From Octopus vulgaris (Eukaryota), in NCBI GenBank assembly GCA_951406725.2, contig OX597819.1, forward strand, positions 45,756,001-45,820,000: 64,000 nucleotides of DNA, written 5' to 3'. Positions 55,712 through 64,000 of the stretch are shown here, piece by piece (within the stretch, counting starts at the first letter, position 1; the number at the start of each line of letters is the position of its first letter). The position numbers and the translations under genes are program-made. The notes below the pieces were generated by a model that did no database searches, was not told the DNA's origin, and saw nothing but the letters and a program-made list of their open reading frames with translations.

Positions 55712-56187
55712 CTTGTTTTATTTCTATTCCTGCGCGCCATACTAATACATTGTTTGTTTGTACTCCACCTGCCTTCGTCTTTTGTTTATTTTCGTAAACC
55801 TTCCCGGTATATATATATATATATATATGTATGCATGTGTGTATATGTGTGTGTGTGCGCCCATGTTTGTACGGGTGTTTTTGTGTTTGCATCGCAACAC
55901 CGCTTGACAACCGGTGTTGGTGTGTTTACTCCCCCCTAAAAAAGTCCTGGGGGTCTATTTGCCCTACTTCAAAGCGGTGCCCCAGCATTGCCACAGTCCA
56001 ATGGGTCTAAAATTACAGAAGTTACACAAGGTCTGACAGTTTTGTGTGTTGCTCTTAATCATTCTGAAGAGTGCAATGCATGAACCACTTGACCATTATA
56101 CCATTTATGCAATTTCTCTGCAGAATAGTACCTAATCATTCTACAATCTATTGAGTTTTATTCCTCCTGCTTCTCCAAAACGAAAAC

Positions 56188-56350
<163 letters not shown>

Positions 56351-56530
56351 TCTGTCTGTCTATCTTGCTATTTACTTCTCTGTTTGTCTGTCGATTTTGA
56401 TGCATGTATGGATGTATGTATGTATGTTTGCATGTATGTATGTATGTATGTATGTATGTATGTATGTATGTATGTATGTATTATGTATGTATGTATGTAT
56501 GTATGTATGCAAATATGTATTATGTATGTA

Positions 56531-56566
<36 letters not shown>

Positions 56567-57254
56567 CGTAGACATAAATAGGCTTTTGTTAAGATTAATA
56601 CATCAGCTAAGAGAAATGCTCGTCCATGATAATGATATCGAGTCGATTCCATTTTACTGTGACGACAGGCATGTCCCCAATTATTGTCACTTTGTCATTC
56701 CCCCATTCCTTTTATAATGCATTGTGTCTCTATCGTTCACTTTTCTGTTTATACTTCAGAATGATGCCATAATTTTTCCAGTATATGAATATTATTAAAA
56801 GGTGTTCTCTCAATATAATTTACGTTCCCTCCTGCACAAGCTCCAGTAAACCTATAATTATTGTTTTGTCTCGGCATTCATTTTTCTATATATAAACTGA
56901 TTTATATTTCTAGACCTACATAGATTGGCAGACCGTTTTCTTTTCTCACTTAGTTTGTAACGTTTTTTTTTTTTCTAGTTCGTACAATTTACTTTGTAGA
57001 GTTCCATTTTGAATGGTTTTACCATAGCAATATATTTGGTGCATCAGATACCCCCTTGTCCGAATTTTCAATTCAAACCACGATCGATTTTGTTTTCATC
57101 CCTTTTGGAAATCGATAGAATGTATTCCAACTAATATTGATGTCGGGGGTTATCGATTTTATCGATTTTAACCCCGGCCCTCTCTCGCTTGCTTTACGAA
57201 ACGGACCTTCTGGCAAGCCAAAATAAATCATTATTTTTATCGGTGTGAGCTACA

Positions 57255-57280
57255 CCATCACCTTCGACATCCTTTTCGTT

Positions 57281-57313
<33 letters not shown>

Positions 57314-57629
57314 TGCAGCAGCAGCAGCAGCAGCATTCCCTCAGTTACGAAAGACGTTATCACCATCACTATCACCATCACCTTCACCATCACCATTCGT
57401 ACCAACATCAGCGTCGTCGGCATCATCGCCATCATCATCATCATCATCATTATAACCATCAACAAGCACATCTTTATCACCATTACAGTGGACACCGTCA
57501 TCATGATCATGATGATGATCATCATCATCACCATCAACATCATCATCATCAACATCTTAATCAGCATCATCGTCATCGTCGTCGTCGTCGTCATTATCAT
57601 CATTATCATCATTATCATGATCATCATCG

Positions 57630-57671
<42 letters not shown>

Positions 57672-57705
57672 ACACTGATGATCATTGCAACCACCATTAT
57701 ATTGC
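57255..57705. repeat. (CAT)n low-complexity tract
   Basis: Direct reading. Confidence 0.9.
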
Positions 57706-57711
57706 ATCCTA

Positions 57712-57910
57712 AGGCGGAGATCTGGCAAATCCATTAGCACCACACGGCATCATCCTTGGCAGTGTTTCGTCTTGCTATTCCGTTCTGGGTTCAAATTCTG
57801 CCGGGGTATATTTTGACTTTCATCCCATTTAGGTCCGTTGAAATATGTACTAGTTGATCTCTGGGAGGGTCGATGTAATCGACTTACACCCTCCTCCCTA
57901 ACTTTCAGGC
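57712..57910 (+). mobile_element. SINE family A, degraded
   Basis: GGCGGAGATCTGGCAAATCCATTAGC...GGGTTCAAATTCTGCC. Confidence 0.65.
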
Positions 57911-57914
57911 ATTA

Positions 57915-58138
57915 TTCTTTTATTCTTTTCTTCTATTTGTTTCAGTCATTTGACTGCTGCCATGCTGGAGCGCCGCCTTTAGTCGAGCAAATCGACCCCA
58001 GGTTTTATTCTTTGTAAGCCTAGTACCTATTCTATCGGTCTCTCTTGCCGAACAGCTAAGTGACGGGGATGTAAACACATCAGCATCGGTTGTCAAGCCA
58101 TGATGGGGCGACAAACACAGAGACACAGGTATACACTC

Positions 58139-58194
<56 letters not shown>

Positions 58195-58340
58195 GTATAT
58201 ATATATATATATATTTATACGACGGGCTTCTTTCACTTTCCGTCTACCAAATCCACTCACGAGGCTTTGGTCGGCCCCAGGCTATAGTAGAAGACACTTG
58301 CACAAGTTGCCACGCAGTGGAACTGAACCCGGAACTATGT
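57915..58340 (-). mobile_element. SINE family B with internal (TA)n
   Basis: Uninterrupted equivalent of the SINE split at 6.3-10.4 kb. Confidence 0.85.
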
Positions 58341-58779
58341 GGGGCCAAAATTTGGAACCATTATAACCATCCCGTCTTAAGACCTTCATTTCCTCCTAGT
58401 GCTTTCACTCCTCCACCACCAACTCATCCAACTCCTACACCTCCACCTTCATCATCATCATCATCATCATCATAATCATCATCATCATGTTCCTCGTCGT
58501 AATTATGGTTGTCCTTGCAACCGTCAACGCCATCCACGAAATTACCATCATCAGGACCCTTCAATGCCATCGTCCACAACAAAGGCCACCCAATATGAAT
58601 AATATTTTGCACGTTACAATATTCTCGAAAAGGCAATAATAATAATAGTTATGTTTGTTGCGGGGAATTATGGCCAGCCTACCAGTCTATCTACAACTCA
58701 CATTCATTATTATTATGACTCTAAGTTACTTTCGTCATTAGCATGGCAAAGATATATTTTGTAAGTAAATAAATATACG

Positions 58780-58816
<37 letters not shown>

Positions 58817-59129
58817 GTCTTTCTCACTTCTCTCTCTCTCTCTCTTTCTTTATATATATATATATATACACATAATTCATGTATATATTTTTATATCAAT
58901 ATCTGTCATCCTATCTATACCTACATATCATAAACACACACATATAAACACATGCACACGCACACACATATACAGAGGGAGAGAGAGAGAGATAACGAGT
59001 GAAAGGTATATAAAGGTATATGCATATATTTATACCTAAGTATGTATATGTATCGATACGTTAACATTTCAATATATATATATATATATACATGGATATT
59101 GAAATTTTTGAACAATTAAATATACATAC

Positions 59130-59174
<45 letters not shown>

Positions 59175-59902
59175 TGTGTGTTTGTATGCAAGAGTGTATA
59201 TGTGTATGTATTCTATTATTTATATTTATATTAATGTTTGCTTGAGATATCTATATGCAATGCGTATATATTTCTGACTGTTAGTCTAGCAGAGACTTAA
59301 TGATAACCACGATAACAAAGACTATGCCAACGCCACTATCAGGGCAGTAAAATAACAAAAAACAGCAACAAGATGAACAGCAGCAACAGCAACCACAGCA
59401 GCACTAGCAGCAGCAGTAATGACAACAGCATCAACATCAGCAAAATAACAACAATAACAGGGCTAGTATATACATGATAAACAAAAGCCAAAACCGAAAA
59501 GGAAACAATAGAAAAAAATGCTGTTACTAATATTGTGTCGACATATCTAGGAGAAAGCTGAAGCAATTTTGACAGAACATTCGAGAATTAATGGCGTAGA
59601 ACATGTAATGAAAATAAATCTGGTCATGTTAGTTTCTCACACATCGGCAAATATGCACGCACGCATATCCCCCACACACGTCATACACACGTCATACGCA
59701 CGTTATACATAACTCAAATTCATAATACCAATTACAGAAACTACCTTAGAGTCGCAGACATACATTGTTGTTCGCACAGCCATACGTTCGTACATAATTT
59801 CATATGTGTATATCTTTAATAAGTTTCTCTATATGTGTATGTGTGTGTCTACGTGTATGTGTGTGCATATATTAATAATTTATATACATACATACATATA
59901 TA

Positions 59903-59947
<45 letters not shown>

Positions 59948-60074
59948 GTATGTATATAGAGAAAGAGAGAGTAAGAGACAGAGACAGAGACGTTCAGACA
60001 GAGACAGAGAGAAATATTTATACATATAAATTATATAATTATTATACGTATATATGTGTATATGTATGTACATT

Positions 60075-60118
<44 letters not shown>

Positions 60119-61168
60119 CATACCTACATACATACATACAAATACACATATGTGCATACATATGTATATGCATATGTGTATATATATATATATATGTGTG
60201 TGTGTATGTATGTATTTATAAATATACACATACATGTATATATACATAAACACACCAACAGTTCGTTGTATCTAAAAACAAATACGCAAAGAATAGTGTA
60301 TGTGTGGGTGACTACATAGATACGACGTTCAACAAATCGTTGTTTTACAGATACCTTAATATATAAAACATCTGTGTGGAGACATGTCTTCGGCTAAATT
60401 TGTGAATTAATGTAATTTACGATATGTATGTTTATGTGTCAGTTTATGTATGTGTATGTGTGTGTATTTGTCCCCAACCACACCCCGGCTGTGTATGTGT
60501 GTTGGCGTTTGTTTCTGCCTATCTTTTGTGTGTATATCAACCTCTTATGAATGCATGTACATCACATTTACTTAATCGATCAATGTAACTTCTGATCTAG
60601 AGGCTATAGCATGCAGAGAAATTATAAATTCACGCACACACACACACTTACACACACACACACTTACACACACACACACACACATTCACACACACACACA
60701 TACACACTTACACACACACACCCATTCATGCACATGTTCGTACAGATACTAACTCATATCCACGTTTAGGTATACACTAAGTCAGTCTCTTTATTTTTAA
60801 AGCCATTCATAGATTAATATTTCTACTATAAAACTTACAACTAAACTGAAAGAAATTTTTATATATATATATATATATGTGTGTGCGTGTGTGTGTGTGT
60901 GTCTTAACACGATAGATGATTCTGTATTTGCTTCTTGTAACTTATGCCGTTATGTACTCGCTCGAAACTAGTTTGGTAAGTAAGAAAAATATATAGAATG
61001 CATAAACATAAATTTTATAGATATAAAATAATATACTAATATTTCTAAATTTCAGTTCAGCTTTCAACCTCTGCTAACAGAAAGACTACCTACATTCTGA
61101 AAGAATCGTCTGTAAATATTAAGAAAATAATAGCTGTGTAGTTATGCCTCTAACTCTGCAGGAGGTAT

Positions 61169-61243
61169 TTCAACCGTGTTTCGCGGTCTGCTACCACAAC
61201 AGCTCCTTTATAGGATCCAGTTAGCTCAAGACATCATCAGGAA
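61169..61243 (-). ncRNA. Hammerhead-like motif
   Basis: Minus TTC-CTGATGA-TGTCT...AGACCGC-GAAAC-ACG-GTT-GAA; stem I short, stem II register imperfect. Confidence 0.4.
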
Positions 61244-61661
61244 GAACCACGTCAGGTTTCGGCCCCTACTCCTCTACCGTCTTGACGTGCCCCCACCCCA
61301 CCCCCCGCTTTCCGAGGTGTCTTCAGCTCTGGTGTTGAGTGCATGTCTTCTTTCTTCTTCTTTCTTCTGTTCCCTGGCCTCTTCGATATAACGTCAACGA
61401 GTGTCAGCGGGCGACTGACTGTCTTGTCAAATTTAAATACCTTTAAATACCTGCAGTTAGGTTCCAGCAGGCAGTCCCAGCAAGTTGTCACGTGACACTG
61501 TCTCAACATTAACTGACCAATGAAGGCGCGTAGTCTTAGCCCACGCATTCTCTAAAGGATGATACGATTGGGCACAAATAAACGAGAATGAACGATATAT
61601 GTCGGAACAGAAGATATATGTATCTCTCTTTTTCTCCCCCCTTCTCTCTCTATATATATAA

Positions 61662-61752
<91 letters not shown>

Positions 61753-62184
61753 CATATATTTATATATACATACTTATATATAACTATGTGTATGTACATA
61801 CATATATATATATATATAAATTTGATTAGTGGATATGCTAATCTCGTGAAGGTATGGTTACATCCAAGGAAATACTGGGTCAATACCTAGTATTGTTGTG
61901 GAATGAAATTCCATTAAAAAAATAGGTATATATGAAGCATATGGTTTATAAGCATGTAATAGAAAAAAAGAAAATGGAGATTAGGAAGTTAATAATTGAT
62001 TATTATTAACAAGAAGTTGGTCATCTTTGCTTCTAACAGCCGTTTTAATTAATACTCAATGATTTAATTACAGATTTGTACATTAAATTTATATGACATG
62101 AGTAATAATTTTATCAGAGGAACAAAGATGTACCTTTGGATGTTATATGTGGTCTTATCAATTCATTTTAGTCTGCTAAAATGA

Positions 62185-62365
62185 CGTCACTGATACCAAG
62201 TTGCATCGGCCTTTGCCTTTGTCTTGGATAACGTCAGTGGCGAGTTGGGTGGGGGTAAGCACGGGTGACTGCTGTTCTTCTATAATCAACCGTGTTCAGA
62301 TTTGTGCCTTGGAGGGTAACTTTCTAGGTAGAATCCTATTGTCATTCATGACCAAAGGGAGTCTT
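62185..62365 (+). mobile_element. SINE family C 3' fragment
   Basis: Reverse-complement similarity to 3163-3350. Confidence 0.6.
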
Positions 62366-63059
62366 TGTTCTTTACTCTTTGCAAAGTAATATTTTAATGA
62401 AACAATATTTAATTACCGCGCAGAGATTATTTTACAAGGCATATACGCCTAATAAGTTGTAGGATTCAGATGCGGTTGTTAAGGTTTCGGGAGTTAAGTG
62501 AATCGACTGTTATAATTTTGTCAGCTCAGCACTGTATGTTTGCATGTATTACACACACACACACACACACACAAACACTCACACACTCACATATTTACTA
62601 TCTACCTTGCGTGTACGTAGTGCTGCTAGAGTTTATCTCAATGATCTAAAGCAATAAAGTTTTCACTTGATGATCTGTTGTGGATCGTTGGAAGATCCAA
62701 TACAAATAACGTACTCTGATGAGACGTACGTAAGGAACAAATATAAAGTTTCTGTCATAATTTCTCACACACTGTGTGTGTGTGTATGCGTGCGCGTGTG
62801 TACATGTGCAATTGTAGAAACACACATATGCACATATATTAGGTACACATATATTTATGTTTATTTTTATTCTTATTTGCTCTATCTTGTTTTTGTTTCA
62901 GTTTTGGTGTTTACGCGTATGTTTGTCCGCGATAATCTGGGATAAGCTATTTACACCTATTCTATAATCTATTTACATGTGTCATTTATTTACCTGTTTG
63001 AACATTGAATGTTTATGAATCAAGGAATTTTATTTTAGCTTGTCCTCATTAATATACTT

Positions 63060-63618
63060 TCTATTATAGACACAAGGCCTGAAATTTGGTGGGAGGAGAC
63101 CCCAGTTTTCAACTGGTACTCATTTTATCGATCCCGAAAGTATGAAAGACAAAGTCGACCTCGGTGTAATTTGAACTCAGAACGTAGCAGTAGACGAAAT
63201 ACCTATTTCTTTGCTACCCACAAGGGGCTAAACATAGAGAAGACAAGCAAGGGCAGACAAACGGATTAAGTCTATTGTATCGACTCCAGTGCGTAACTGG
63301 TACTTATTTAATCGACCCCAAAAGGATGAAAGGCGAAGTCGACCTCGGTGGAACTTGAACTCAGAACGTAGCAGCAGACGAAATACCTATTTCTTTACTA
63401 CCCACAAAGGGCTAAACACAGAGCGGACAAGCAAGGGCAGACAAACGGATTAAGTCGATTACATCGAATCCAGAGCGTAACCGGTACTTATTTAATCGAT
63501 CTCGAAGGGATGAAAGGCAAAGTCGAGCTCGGCGGAATTTGAACTCAGAACGTAGCGGCAGACGAAATACGGCTAAGCATTTCGCCCGGCGTGCTAACGT
63601 TTCTGCCAATTCGCCGCC
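63060..63618 (-). mobile_element. SINE family A tandem trimer
   Basis: One head at ~63618 followed by three bodies of ~180 bp period. Confidence 0.85.
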
Positions 63619-64000
63619 TTTTTTGTCCTTATTAATGTAAAGTAGATGTCTATTTTTTTAACAGAATGTATATGACGCTGACGAGAATTCATTTCGAAAT
63701 TGTTGGAGATCTATGTGTTCTGAGTTCGATTCTTGTCCACCTCAACTTTGCTTTTTAGTTTACTGACAATATTAAAATGAATTATTCATTTTGTATTGAG
63801 ATCGATAGGATCAAAGTTATTCCTCCAAAATATTTCAAACCTCTGTTTATTTAAGAGATCAATATAATCGAAAATACTATTTACTTTCTAAATGTGTGAG
63901 CGTGTACCTCATTATTCAGAAATCAATATTAACAAAATCCACGTATTTATTATAATCCACGGAGGAACATTTAATATCTATGTTAATGCTATTTAGCATC

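Noticed and set aside
62705-63710. CTGATGA/CTGACGA strings at ~62715 and ~63678 (also ~17934)
   Set aside because: Stems I/III or GAAA are missing; cannot be folded as hammerheads.

Overview
Eukaryotic, AT-rich, microsatellite-saturated non-coding DNA. The repeat content resembles an octopus/cephalopod genome; this is an inference from memory, not a database result. No host protein-coding gene can be supported, and nearly all ORF-track entries are microsatellite artefacts. The window holds many tRNA-derived SINEs, three R4/Dong-like (RT + restriction-like endonuclease) non-LTR retrotransposon copies in or beside (TAA)n tracts, RTE and mariner relics, and many hammerhead-ribozyme (HHR) motifs of the Penelope-like-element (PLE) type. 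The standout is a young ~3.4 kb array (6780-10157) of a 493-496 bp unit. Every unit carries a complete type I hammerhead with an unusually large branched stem II. The array has an inverted first arm and sits in the (TA)n tract of a SINE. It looks like a large retrozyme/circular-RNA-type element. A second, apparently unrelated ~478 bp HHR unit (18.4-19.2 kb) and several HHR-bearing fold-back insertions share the architecture. All structures were folded by eye, and most repeat boundaries are approximate.
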